A DNA stretch of 64,000 nucleotides from Bryobacteraceae bacterium (lineage in GTDB: Bacteria > Acidobacteriota > Terriglobia > Bryobacterales > Bryobacteraceae): assembly GCA_036269815.1 (NCBI GenBank), contig DATBDT010000042.1, forward strand, positions 1,731-65,730, written 5' to 3'. Below, in pieces: positions 1 to 9,455 of the stretch (positions are counted from its first letter, which is position 1; each line of letters begins with the position of its first letter). The position numbers and the translations under genes are program-made. The notes under the pieces were generated by a model that was given only the letters and a program-made list of their open reading frames with translations, was not told the origin of the DNA and ran no database searches.

Positions 1-217
1 GCCGGGCTCCCCAGGTAATCGAATATTGATTGGCATCTTCGGCAACAGCGTGCTGCGCGGCGGCTTTGATTTCTTCGGGGGCTGGGAAATCCGGGAAGCC
101 CTGGGCAAGGTTCACGGCTCCGTGCTGAAATGCGAGCCGTGTCATTTCGCGGATGACGGACTCCTTGAATTTCTCGGTGCGCGCGCTTTGAAAACGGCGG
201 CCCGCGGAGACTCCCAT
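1..217 (-). CDS. PLP-dependent class I/II aminotransferase, N-terminal 72 codons; gene continues past the left edge
   Basis: Absent from the ORF track because it has no in-window stop. The reverse complement reads MGVSAGRRFQSARTEKFKESVIREMTRLAFQHGAVNLAQGFPDFPAPEEIKAAAQHAVAEDANQYSITWGAR, with ATG as the complement of 215-217. The blocks 'NLAQGFPDFP' and 'NQY..T.G' are the conserved N-terminal blocks of YbdL/kynurenine-type aminotransferases. Confidence 0.8.
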   Translation of the reverse strand, partial: MGVSAGRRFQSARTEKFKESVIREMTRLAFQHGAVNLAQGFPDFPAPEEIKAAAQHAVAEDANQYSITWGAR

Positions 218-311
218 CTAGCGATTGTACCCGTTCGAATGCTTCCCTGAGCCGCAAAGCCGCGCCGATCGCTCTCATTTCGTGGTCGCGTTAGCCTAGA
301 CATAACGGCGC

Positions 312-1373
312 ATGCGTTTTCTGAAATACGTTTTGTTGGTGTTCGTTCTTAGCTTAGGGAGCGCTTCAACCCAGAAGCACAAAACAGACGAAGAGCCTAA
401 ACCCCAGGTCCTTCCTTTGCCGCCCGAGCCGCCGATGGCCGTGGCCGCCGGGACGGAATCGTTGGATTTCCATATTTCGCCACTCACGAACACGGGGGGA
501 CTCTCCGCGCAAATCCGGCAGAGTTTGAACAATCTACTTCGCGATACACATGGTGAAACAATTGTGAAGCTGCGGGCGTTTGTCGCCGGTACGGGAGATG
601 CGCGGCGTGTGCAGGCGCAGGTTGCCCAACTGTTCACCGAGCACAAACTTCCGCTTCCGGTGCTTTCGATATTGGAGGTGGGCGCGCTCGAAGCGCCCGG
701 AGAGCAGGTGGTGATTGAAGCGGTAGTTTCGACTCACCGGGTTGTGAATCCGAACGGTCTGGCTTTCTTTTTCGGACAAAGCGCACCGTCGCTCACGAAG
801 GCGCTGCAGCGCGTTAAGGAAAGCGTGGAAGCGGCGGCTGTACCGGCCGATCATGTGCTGTCGCTGACCTGCTTTACCTCAGAAATCGGGAACTTCACGG
901 CGAACGCCAGCGGCATCCGTAGCCAGTTTCCGAACACCGGCGTGAACATCGTGCAATCGGTGAGGGACCCGCAGGGCGACTTCACGCAATGCGAGGCGAT
1001 TGGGCAACTGACGTCTGCACCCAAAGCGGTTGTCGAGCATCTCAGCTCCGCAAATGCCACGCTTGTGAATGCGCCGCACTTGATCTTCACCGGCCTGCAG
1101 CTTTCTTTCGGCAGCTACCTCGACGATGCGCATGAGGCATTTGAACGGCTGCAGAAGGCGGCGCGGTCGCTAGGCGGCGATCAGACACCAGTGGTGGTAG
1201 ACGGATTCTCGCTAGACCGCTTCGCCGCATCCGCACTACGCAAGAATAATTCGCTGGCGCCCGGACTGTTTACAGTGCAAACCATCGAAGGTTTTTCGGC
1301 GATTGATGCGACCGGCGGACTGGAAGCAATTTTGGCGTCGCAGGGCGAGAAGGCGCGTCCTTCGGGCTTTTGA
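312..1373 (+). CDS. Secreted protein made of three tandem RidA/YjgF (L-PSP)-like domains
   Basis: N-terminal hydrophobic signal (MRFLKYVLLVFVLSLGSAS). Domain 1 aligns by eye to E. coli RidA: SAQIRQSLNNL...IVKLRAFV...FTEH...PVLSILEV...VVIEAVV. Two weaker repeats follow, starting AFFFGQ... and LIFTGLQ.... Confidence 0.6.
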   Translation: MRFLKYVLLVFVLSLGSASTQKHKTDEEPKPQVLPLPPEPPMAVAAGTESLDFHISPLTNTGGLSAQIRQSLNNLLRDTHGETIVKLRAFVAGTGDARRVQAQVAQLFTEHKLPLPVLSILEVGALEAPGEQVVIEAVVSTHRVVNPNGLAFFFGQSAPSLTKALQRVKESVEAAAVPADHVLSLTCFTSEIGNFTANASGIRSQFPNTGVNIVQSVRDPQGDFTQCEAIGQLTSAPKAVVEHLSSANATLVNAPHLIFTGLQLSFGSYLDDAHEAFERLQKAARSLGGDQTPVVVDGFSLDRFAASALRKNNSLAPGLFTVQTIEGFSAIDATGGLEAILASQGEKARPSGF

Positions 1374-1388
1374 TTGCATCTGCGCGGA

Positions 1389-1411
1389 GGGTTTTTCCCG
1401 TCTATAAAAAG
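1389..1411. repeat. 23-nt motif GGGTTTTTCCCGTCTATAAAAAG, copy 1 (copy 2 at 42822-42844)
   Basis: Exact 23/23 match between the two sites. Both begin within 16 nt after the stop codon of a plus-strand gene. Confidence 0.7.
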
Positions 1412-1541
1412 GCGAGAGCGGTGTCTGCGGCGATGGCTCGAATGGCATCTCCTTTGTATTCAATATTTTACTAGAAAATAGTCGGTCCCCGCTGAGCCTT
1501 TTTCGGCGTGATTTCGGTATGGAAATAGAGGTAATAACCGG

Positions 1542-2150
1542 TTAATTGGGTTTGGAGGCGGCGGCCGCTTGCGAGCGCAGCGTGACTTCCAGATGTTCGG
1601 CAAAATTCTTCCCCGATTCCGTTTGTAGCTGGCGCCGCGCTACGTGAAGTGTTGCGTCAGCTTCATGAACGACTCGCAGCAGACTGGTCACGTTAGAAGC
1701 GACGAGTCTTGCGCTGCCCGCTATCTCACTGTCGGGCAGATAGCGGCTATCCACGCCAAAGTCGATCCGCAGGTCTTCCTGCTCTCTGGCGGCATAGTCG
1801 CTGCCGTTATCGAAATCGGCCCCGAAGCACGAAAGTAGAACGCGGGTCGGTGTCAATTTCCAGTCCTCGTCGTAAACCCAAAGATCCCACCAGCTTTCTA
1901 GCGTGTAAGCGACATCGTCACCGTTGTAGTCGGCGAACGTTGCGAGAACCTGATCGATCTCAACAGGTCCGGTCACTGGCCTCTCGAGCAGCGGCGGCTC
2001 CGTGTTGTTGATCGCCAGAATGGAGGTTACGGATTGCGGCTGCTCGCGCTGCGAGAAGGGGAACAAGCGGAGCAGCTTTTCGAACTGCCGTAAACGGTTC
2101 TTCTTACCTGTCCGATCGAGCCAGATGGACAGGAAAAGTTGATCTGTCAC
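1542..2150 (-). CDS. Hypothetical protein
   Basis: Clean 202-aa ORF convergent with 312-1373. Composition is protein-like but I recognise no family. Confidence 0.55.
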   Translation of the reverse strand: MTDQLFLSIWLDRTGKKNRLRQFEKLLRLFPFSQREQPQSVTSILAINNTEPPLLERPVTGPVEIDQVLATFADYNGDDVAYTLESWWDLWVYDEDWKLTPTRVLLSCFGADFDNGSDYAAREQEDLRIDFGVDSRYLPDSEIAGSARLVASNVTSLLRVVHEADATLHVARRQLQTESGKNFAEHLEVTLRSQAAAASKPN

Positions 2151-2218
2151 CTCTTTATTATCACTCCGGGCTCATCTGCGGCCATTAAAACAAAAACCCG
2201 GTAAAATGGTATTTAAGC

Positions 2219-2722
2219 ATGATCACCGACCTGGTTCAAATTAAGCGTTTTGGTGAGAAGCAGCGTGAGGAGAACCTTCGTTTCCGCGCCTGGATGAAGC
2301 GCCACAACTTCGTCGAGCGCCGCTTCAAAGCGATCGCGCAGCAAACCGAAGAGGAGATGGACTGCACGACCTGCGCGAACTGCTGCCGCGTCGCAACAAC
2401 GCAAGTCAGCGAACGCGATGTTGAACGGCTGGCCAAACACTTCCGGATTCCGGTGGCGCAGTTTCTACGCGACTATACGGTCGAGACCGCGGAAGAAGGC
2501 CGCATTCTGAAGCGCACGGAAAACGGCTGCGTGTTCCTTGAAGGCACGCTTTGTTCGGTTTATGAAGCGCGGCCCAATACCTGCGAGCTGTTTCCGCACC
2601 TGGTAAAGGGGAATGGCTCGCTGGTCAGCCGGATGTGGCACATGCCGGATCGCGCTGTCTACTGCCCGATTGTCTATAACACGCTCGAACGTTTCAAAGC
2701 GGAGACCAGCTTTCAAAAGTGA
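2219..2722 (+). CDS. YkgJ-family cysteine-cluster (Zn/Fe-chelating) protein
   Basis: The motif CTTCANCCRV and later C-rich blocks (GCVFL...CSVYEARPNTC) fit the CxxCxxCC family. Its stop overlaps the next start (GTGA). Confidence 0.8.
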   Translation: MITDLVQIKRFGEKQREENLRFRAWMKRHNFVERRFKAIAQQTEEEMDCTTCANCCRVATTQVSERDVERLAKHFRIPVAQFLRDYTVETAEEGRILKRTENGCVFLEGTLCSVYEARPNTCELFPHLVKGNGSLVSRMWHMPDRAVYCPIVYNTLERFKAETSFQK

Positions 2723-3969
2723 ACACGTTTCTTACACTCCTGGCAATCTGCGCGGTGGGGCTGGCGGCTTATGGCGTGTCCGACGCCAGGCGGTGGCGTG
2801 CGCTTGCGCGGGAGGCACGAGCGGAGAACGAAGAACGGCGCACAGAACTCGAAGATGCGAAGGAACGCTGCGCCGCCGCGGAGGCGGGCACATTGCGGGC
2901 GCGCGAAGTGGCGGAAGTGCAGATGAGCGTGCTGACGAAAACGCATCAACAGCTGGAGGAAAAGTTTCGAGCGCTCGCTTCGGATGCTTTGCAGACCAAC
3001 AGTCAGTTGTTCCTCGATCGCAGCCGCGAGCAGGTTCAGCGCGTGGTGGAACCGGTGAATCAGACCCTGCGGCAATTCGAAGAGCAGGTCCGCAATCTTG
3101 AAAAGGAGCGTGCGGGCGCTTACCAGGGATTAGTAACACAGGTGTCTTTACTGATGCAGTCGCAGGAGCGCGTGCGTCAATCCGCCGACGATTTGAAGAA
3201 TGCTCTGCGCTCGCCTAGCCAGCGCGGCCGTTGGGGTGAATTGCAGCTTCGGCGTGTGGTGGAACTGGCGGGGATGCTGGAGCACTGCGATTTTGCGGAA
3301 CAAAAGACGCTGTTCGGGGAAACCAATCAGCGGCCGGATTTGATTATTCATCTGCCGAACGAATGCCGGGTGGTGGTGGATGCGAAGGTGTCCCTCGAGG
3401 CTTATTTGAAGGCGATTGAAACAGCGGATGAGGCGCAACGGTCGCGACATTTCGCCGACCATGCGCGGCAGGTGAAGACGCATATCGAATCGCTCGGCAA
3501 GAAGGCATATTGGGAGCGGCTGCCGGGTTCGCCGGATTTCGTGGTGGCATTTCTGCCGCTTGAATCATTGTTCAGCGCGGCGCTCGATTATGATCCGGCG
3601 ATTCTTGAACTCGGGATGCGGAGCCGGGTTGTGATTGCGACGCCGACTACTCTGATTACGCTGCTGCTGACGGTGGCGCACGGATGGCGCCAGCATTCGT
3701 TGACGGAAAGCGCCGAGAAGATCCGCGATTTGGGGACAGAGCTGTATACGCGCGTGCTGACGATGAGCGAGCACTTCGAAAAGCTTGGCGATTCCATCAG
3801 CAAAACGGTGAATGCGTACAACAGCACGGTCGGGTCGCTCGAGCGCAATGTTCTTTCGTCCGCTCGGAAGCTGAAGGATTTGCGTCCGGCGAATGCGCGG
3901 CAGCTTGAAGAACTCGAGCAGATTGAATTGTCGCCGCGTACGCTTGACGAATCGAAGTGGATCGCCTGA
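2719..3969 (+). CDS. rmuC: DNA recombination protein RmuC
   Basis: N-terminal TM helix, a long coiled coil, then the RmuC nuclease-like core (RPDLIIHLPNECRVVVDAKVSLEAYL...FVVAFLPLESLF). GTG start overlaps the ykgJ-like stop by 4 nt. Confidence 0.9.
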   Translation: MNTFLTLLAICAVGLAAYGVSDARRWRALAREARAENEERRTELEDAKERCAAAEAGTLRAREVAEVQMSVLTKTHQQLEEKFRALASDALQTNSQLFLDRSREQVQRVVEPVNQTLRQFEEQVRNLEKERAGAYQGLVTQVSLLMQSQERVRQSADDLKNALRSPSQRGRWGELQLRRVVELAGMLEHCDFAEQKTLFGETNQRPDLIIHLPNECRVVVDAKVSLEAYLKAIETADEAQRSRHFADHARQVKTHIESLGKKAYWERLPGSPDFVVAFLPLESLFSAALDYDPAILELGMRSRVVIATPTTLITLLLTVAHGWRQHSLTESAEKIRDLGTELYTRVLTMSEHFEKLGDSISKTVNAYNSTVGSLERNVLSSARKLKDLRPANARQLEELEQIELSPRTLDESKWIA

Positions 3970-4245
3970 TTTGCGCGGGGCGGGGCTTCGAAACGCGTTA
4001 GAAGAGTTTTTTCCGAGTGGCCTGTCGTTACGATAGAGATCTGTCGTTATCCAGGCGCAATCCAGGCAGCTTGTTCCAACGGTGTCCCGAGAACTGATGG
4101 CAGCCTCAAAAGCACATAGGCAAGCGGCGCCGGATGGGCAGGCTGATCCATGCGGCGGGCCAGCATGCCGTGTTTGGAGGCGATAGAGCGTCAACGAGCT
4201 GCGCCGCCTGGTGGCGGCCAACTAAAGCGTTTAGGGCCCGGCCCC

Positions 4246-5220
4246 TTAGCGAATGAACGGGCGGAGTTCTTCCAAATGATTTCGGAGGTATGCCAGTAGG
4301 TGATGCCTCTTCTGCCGTCCGCGCGTTTGATGATCTACATGATTATTAGATTCCGGCAAGAGGTCGGGAAAAACCTCCGCAACTTGCGCGTATATGGAGG
4401 CCCAGCGCTTCTTCACCGTCTGGATCTTGAGATTCAGATAAGGAGCGAGTTCCTGATCCGTTAGTCCTTTGAGAGCGGCTGAAAGAAGCTGCTGCTGACA
4501 TTCTCTAAATCGAATGACCGGCGGCGTGTAGTGAAAGACGAAAGTGGCAACCGAGCCTACCACCGATTCAGCCGACGTTTTGTTGATCGCAAAGAGAGCG
4601 CGTGCACTTTCGCATTTGTTTCCAGACGGAAAGCCGCCGAAAGCTCTTATTAGCCGGTAAACTCCGGTTGATTCGATGTACTCAAGATCGACAGCATCAA
4701 TTGCTTCGAGCAGCATGTGTTCGAGTCTGTAACCGGCAAGCCGCTCGACGCCGTTTTGCGCCAACGCCAGCTTAACCTCTGTTATTTGTTCCGCCGTTAG
4801 AATGTCTCGGCGCCAATCTGTAAAGAGGACCACGAGGCATAATCCGCCATAAGTATTTTGTTTTCGAAGCTGCGCGTCTGTCAGTACAACCGAGCAATGG
4901 CTATCAATACCGGCGATAATGCGTTGGTTCAAGCCCGGTCTGGGATTCGAAGTTTCTTCACGCGCGAATTCCTGTGAAACAAATGCACTTGCTCCGAAAC
5001 CGACGATATGATGGCCGGCGATCGGTTTCGGTGTCTCAATCACGAGGGACCTGAAAGCGGTGGTTGTGACCAAAGCTTTCCACGCGGAAAGCGCTCGTTC
5101 ATAACCGATGATTTCCTGTCCAATACGCTCTTGCCGCATTGCAAGACATGCTTCCAGGTCCGCCGGTACGAATGTCCGAGCGAACATCGTCTGGACCTCC
5201 ATTTGAAAACAGAACCCCAA
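4246..5220 (-). CDS. LuxR/GerE-type HTH regulator with an unassigned N-terminal domain
   Basis: C-terminal LTDQELAPYLNLKIQTVKKRWASIY is a GerE-type HTH. The ~230-aa N-terminal part is unrecognised. The true start may be the internal MFARTF. Confidence 0.6.
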   Translation of the reverse strand: MGFCFQMEVQTMFARTFVPADLEACLAMRQERIGQEIIGYERALSAWKALVTTTAFRSLVIETPKPIAGHHIVGFGASAFVSQEFAREETSNPRPGLNQRIIAGIDSHCSVVLTDAQLRKQNTYGGLCLVVLFTDWRRDILTAEQITEVKLALAQNGVERLAGYRLEHMLLEAIDAVDLEYIESTGVYRLIRAFGGFPSGNKCESARALFAINKTSAESVVGSVATFVFHYTPPVIRFRECQQQLLSAALKGLTDQELAPYLNLKIQTVKKRWASIYAQVAEVFPDLLPESNNHVDHQTRGRQKRHHLLAYLRNHLEELRPFIR

Positions 5221-5434
5221 AGACAGGACATGCGAACGCCACCAGGTAGGAAGAGACCGACACTCGAATTAGCGGACATTATTTCACAAAGTACCCTTTT
5301 AGGTCATTGTCAGGGGGGCGAAGTCAACATAGGATCACGTTGGCATTGAACGGCGCCCGCCGAGAGTCCAGATGACACGAATCCGTTTGGAATGCGTGAT
5401 CGTCGGCTCCCTATGCTCGAAAGGACAATTCCGT

Positions 5435-6709
5435 ATGAAGCGAGCTCGTATGGGGTTTATTTTCGTGATGACGACCCTCGTTGCCGTTACGACATCGCAA
5501 GCGCAAAATGTAGTGACAGAGTGGAATGCGATCGCCTCAAACACGATCGTCCAGGGCGGCAAAATGGGATACGCATTTCTCTTTCTTGCGTATACCAACA
5601 TTGCCGTCTACGACGCAACGAACAGTATTCATCGGCGTTTCCAGCCTTTCTATTTCGCTGGCTATACGGATCGGTATGCTTCTGACGACGCGGCAGCAAT
5701 TTCCGCCGCACATGACGTTTTGGTTCACTACTTCCCCGCTGAAAAAGCAGCGCTCGATGCGCAGTTTGAGCAGTCGCTCAGCACAGTCGTTGCATCGCAC
5801 CGAGCCAAGCGCGCGGGCGTAGAAGCCGGGGCAGCGGCGGCCCAAGCCTTAATCGCGGCGCGCGCCAACGACGGTTTGGAAGCCGATGTGATCTATACTC
5901 CCGGAACAGCGCCTGGCGACTGGCAACCAACTCCGCCGGGATTCTTGCCGCCGGCAATCCCCTGGCTTGGGCAGATGCAGCCGTTCACGATGAAGAGCGC
6001 TTCTCAATTCTTGCCTCGAGGACCGTACCCTCTCTCAAGCGAGCAATGGGTGGCCGATTACGATCTGACGCGTCTGTTTGGCCAACTGAATAGCTCGGTT
6101 CGCAAGTCCGGGCAAACCGAGATCGGTCTCTTTTGGACGGAGAACCCTTTTGTACAGGACGTGCGCACCTTCACGTATCTTGCTAAAAACTATCACCTCG
6201 GAGTCATGGATTCGTCGCGGCTGATGGCCATTCTTTGGACCGGAGACACTGACGGTCTTATTGGATGCTTCAATGCGAAGTACACGTTCGGACGTTGGCG
6301 ACCCGTCACCGCAATTCCAGCAGGCGGCGCGAATCCAGAATTGTCTGCCGAACCTGACTGGACACCACTTGCGATAACCCCGAATCACCCCGAATACCCG
6401 GCGGCGCATACTTGTGGAACCAGCGCGATCTCGAATCTGGTTGCGGACTACTTCGGCACGCAGAACGTTCACGTCGTCGTAGACAGCCATGCCTTTCCGG
6501 ATGGCGTTCACACGCACACATTTGAGAACACTGCCGACTGGCTCGACGAAGTCTTCTGGGCGCGAATCTACTCCGGTTTCCATTTTCATCATTCGCTTGA
6601 GGACGGCGCTGAACTCGGCCGCCGTGTCGGCCGGCAATTGATCGAAAACAATTTTCAACCGATCGGACACAGGCACCACCACGACGATAGCGATACAGCC
6701 GATCACTAA
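5435..6709 (+). CDS. PAP2-superfamily protein (vanadium haloperoxidase / acid phosphatase-like), secreted
   Basis: Signal peptide MKRARMGFIFVMTTLVAVTTSQA after a GGA-rich RBS. PAP2 motifs are PNHPEYPAAHTC and ARIYSGFHFHHS. Start moved from 5372 to the ATG at 5435. Confidence 0.75.
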   Translation: MKRARMGFIFVMTTLVAVTTSQAQNVVTEWNAIASNTIVQGGKMGYAFLFLAYTNIAVYDATNSIHRRFQPFYFAGYTDRYASDDAAAISAAHDVLVHYFPAEKAALDAQFEQSLSTVVASHRAKRAGVEAGAAAAQALIAARANDGLEADVIYTPGTAPGDWQPTPPGFLPPAIPWLGQMQPFTMKSASQFLPRGPYPLSSEQWVADYDLTRLFGQLNSSVRKSGQTEIGLFWTENPFVQDVRTFTYLAKNYHLGVMDSSRLMAILWTGDTDGLIGCFNAKYTFGRWRPVTAIPAGGANPELSAEPDWTPLAITPNHPEYPAAHTCGTSAISNLVADYFGTQNVHVVVDSHAFPDGVHTHTFENTADWLDEVFWARIYSGFHFHHSLEDGAELGRRVGRQLIENNFQPIGHRHHHDDSDTADH

Positions 6710-6736
6710 CGATTACTGGCAAGGAGATTTTCATGA

Positions 6737-7090
6737 ATCGTTTATCAACAAATCATCTATGCGGGCACGCTGGGGACCGGAATTTTCAAGAGCGTAGATG
6801 GCGGCCGTACGTGGGTCGTGATCAACAGCGGTCTAACTGTGCTTGTCGTACGCTCTCTGGCTATTGATCCGCGGTCCCCATCAACCGTATACGCCAGTAC
6901 GCGCGGTGGCGACGTATTTAAAACGATCAACGGAGGAGATATGTGGACTCCGATTCGGAACGGCCTCCGCGTACCGGGCGTGGAGTCAATCATTCTCGAT
7001 TCAACAAATCCGGATACTCTCCACGCAGGTACGACGGGAGACGGCGTCTTTGTCAGTTTCGACGCCGGTGCGAGTTGGTCTCGCAAGTAG
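6737..7090 (+). pseudogene. BNR/Asp-box repeat protein fragment (Ycf48/sialidase-like propeller blades)
   Basis: Three Asp-boxes: SVDGGRTW, TINGGDMW, SFDAGASW. The frame is open from 6737 but has no ATG/GTG/TTG before 6818. A strong AAGGAGA RBS and ATG at 6733 lie in a different frame that stops after 44 codons. Confidence 0.5.
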
Positions 7091-7513
7091 AACAAATGGA
7101 GACAAGTTGTGCTTTGCAACTGGGCGTTATCGCGAACGGCGTTTCCGAGCGGCCAAAATCCAACTGAGTAAGTCACTATAAATAACTTCGTCATTCTGAC
7201 TTTTGTTACGTGGTTGATGCATTTTTATATGCGGGAGAAACCCTCCTTTGGCATGCGCGAGAATCGCTCATATGAGGCACTCGCCCAAAACTCCAGGCAC
7301 AGGCTAGCTCAAAGGCCGGCTCTCATCGCCAAGCTTGTGCCTCAAGAGAGTTCTGCACACCTAGTAACGACGACCGCAAGCCCTGCCGGGGAACTGCGGA
7401 AGCTTAATGCAGTTGCAACGCTTGCGGCTGTACAAGCATGGCCCTTACACAGCAAAATGACGAATGCCCTGGACTCGGCGATGAGACTGAAATGGGACCA
7501 GATATCTTAGGCC

Positions 7514-8293
7514 ATGACCGAATGGAATGCAGAGTTGTATCGCGAGCGTTCGAGCTTGCAGCAGACCATGGCAGCGGAGGTCTTGCAAGCTCTCGACCTG
7601 ACAAGTTCGAAGCGGGTGCTAGACGTGGGATGCGGAGACGGCAGAATCACCTCCGAGATCGCACGCCGCGTGCCCCAGGGTTGCGTGATAGGTGTCGATG
7701 CGTCGAGCAATATGATTGAGTTGGCCTCTCAGAAGATGGGGCCGAATCTTCGCTTCGAGGTCGCTGACGCGCGCTGGCTTCCTTTTAGCCACGAGTTCGA
7801 TCTGATTGTTTCGTTCAATGCTCTTCACTGGATTCACGAGCAGGACTTGGCTCTTGCTTCTATACACAACTCGCTTAGGCCCGGCGGCACCGCCCACTTG
7901 CGCCTAGTACCCATGGGATCCCGCAAAAGCGTCGAAACCGTTCTGGAAGAGGCACGGAATTCACCAGCATGGAGCCAATACTTTCGTGAGTTTCGCGACC
8001 CTTACGTCCGGCTGACATCGGAGCAGTATTGTTCGCTGGCCGAGAAGAGCGGGTTTCGAGTAGAACGTGTACAAACGGAATCAAAAACATGGGATTTCGG
8101 AACCAGAGCGGAATTCTTTGCCTTTAGTTCCGTGACCATGGTCGAGTGGACAAAGCAGTTACCCGAATCGCTTCGGTCGCTTTTTATCACTGATGTGCTC
8201 GACAGATACCAAGCTGTGGCGGCCGAAAAACCGGGACAGGAAGGCACGTTTAGGTTTTACCAGATGACCATCGTGCTGAAAGCTTTGCCCTAA
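7514..8293 (+). CDS. Class I SAM-dependent methyltransferase (Tam-like architecture)
   Basis: SAM motif VLDVGCGDGRIT, then VIGVDAS, then FNALHWI. The overall layout resembles trans-aconitate methyltransferase. Confidence 0.85.
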   Translation: MTEWNAELYRERSSLQQTMAAEVLQALDLTSSKRVLDVGCGDGRITSEIARRVPQGCVIGVDASSNMIELASQKMGPNLRFEVADARWLPFSHEFDLIVSFNALHWIHEQDLALASIHNSLRPGGTAHLRLVPMGSRKSVETVLEEARNSPAWSQYFREFRDPYVRLTSEQYCSLAEKSGFRVERVQTESKTWDFGTRAEFFAFSSVTMVEWTKQLPESLRSLFITDVLDRYQAVAAEKPGQEGTFRFYQMTIVLKALP

Positions 8294-8495
8294 GTATTTG
8301 CGCCGGCGCCAATCGCTACCAACGCCAGTATGGACAGTGGTGAAGTCATCACCGCATGCGGAACGGCAAGTCGGGTCCCCAAGTGCATCCCTGCAAGCCG
8401 GTCAATTTGCCGCATAACGCGCATCCCGGAGACTGAGCGGCCTTCCCGCTCTAAAAGGCAGCGAATCAAGGTGCCCCTCTGACACTCAGTGAACC

Positions 8496-8825
8496 TTAGA
8501 TTTCAAGGTGGATCTTTCGTGTCTTCCTGTTAAGCCGGGCCTGGTGTTTCCGCCCCCAGTCACAAATCTTCTCGAGCACCGGCGCGAGTGTCATGCCGTA
8601 CGGCGAAATCGAATAGCAGACGTGTGGCGGAACGCTCCTTTTGTCGTGCCTCATAAGTATTCCGTCCGCCACCATTTCATGCAGATGCCGGATCAGCATC
8701 CGCTCTGTCATCTCTGGTATGCTTCGCCGCAGCTCGCTAGTACGCATTGGCCGGCGAGCAGTCGCCATAAGATCGTTCCTTTCCATCGTCCATCGATGAC
8801 AGACAGCATCGAATCGATCGGACAA
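8496..8825 (-). CDS. HxlR-family winged-helix transcriptional regulator
   Basis: The segment RTSELRRSIPEMTERMLIRHLHEMVADGILMRHD...PHVCYSISPYG matches the HxlR pattern. It is divergent from the DUF1772 gene. Confidence 0.85.
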   Translation of the reverse strand: MSDRFDAVCHRWTMERNDLMATARRPMRTSELRRSIPEMTERMLIRHLHEMVADGILMRHDKRSVPPHVCYSISPYGMTLAPVLEKICDWGRKHQARLNRKTRKIHLEI

Positions 8826-8950
8826 GGTGAAACCTCTTTCTTGGACACCGGCATATGCTTTCCATTATTGCCTTTAAACTGACAAATTAGTCAGTGCAAA
8901 CTCCTGCGTCACGGCTCCCTCCGCACGAGTCAATTAGCCAGGAGTGAAAA

Positions 8951-9397
8951 ATGCACCTTCTAGACACAATCACGATCACCTTCGCGGGCTTGATGGTGGG
9001 CAATGAATTGGCCGTGTCGGCCTTTTTCAATCCTGCCGTCCGGCAATTAGAGATGACTTCACAAGCGCAGGTATTGTCGATTCTCGCCGGTTCCCTGGGT
9101 CGGGTGATGCCTGTTTGGTACGGATTGTGTCTGGCACTTCTTGTCCTTGAGTCGTTCCTGCATCGCCATCAGGCTACCCTGGTCCCTTTGCTCGTGGCAA
9201 CGCTGATCTGGGCGGGCGTCATCGTCTTTACCATCGGTATGCTTGTGCCCATCAACAACCGCATTGCCGGCTTGAACACAGCGGCGCCGACACCAGGCTG
9301 GAAGCACGATCACCAAAAGTGGGACTCCCTCCATCGAGTCCGCATTCTCTTGCTCGTCGTGGCTCTTCTTGCGCTCACCTATGCGTTGGTCGCTTGA
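8951..9397 (+). CDS. DUF1772 (anthrone-oxygenase-like) membrane protein
   Basis: Four predicted TM helices. The N-terminus AGLMVGNELAVSAFFNP is typical of DUF1772. Confidence 0.7.
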   Translation: MHLLDTITITFAGLMVGNELAVSAFFNPAVRQLEMTSQAQVLSILAGSLGRVMPVWYGLCLALLVLESFLHRHQATLVPLLVATLIWAGVIVFTIGMLVPINNRIAGLNTAAPTPGWKHDHQKWDSLHRVRILLLVVALLALTYALVA

Positions 9398-9455
9398 GTT
9401 CGGCCAGCGTACACCGTTTGGTCTCGCCGCACCTGCGTAGCGGTAAGTGGCCGGG

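Noticed and set aside
534-1133. Several 80-110-aa minus-strand ORFs antisense to the triple-RidA gene. Similar antisense ORFs lie inside many other genes, e.g. 16737-17396, 29024-29866, 44900-45568, 46547-47278 and 49327-50130.
   Set aside because: They are fully embedded antisense or out of frame in genes with clear family signatures. They are Arg/Pro/Gly/Ser-rich as expected from GC-rich non-coding frames, and none shows a recognisable motif.
7214-7510. 98-aa plus-strand ORF filling the gap before the methyltransferase.
   Set aside because: It has no RBS, no recognisable motif and low-complexity composition, so it is treated as intergenic.
8294-8495. Short minus-strand peptide (..MTSPLSILALVAIGAGANT*) that looks like a lone TM start.
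   Set aside because: It is only ~20-45 codons with no family signature. It could be another stub, but the evidence is insufficient.
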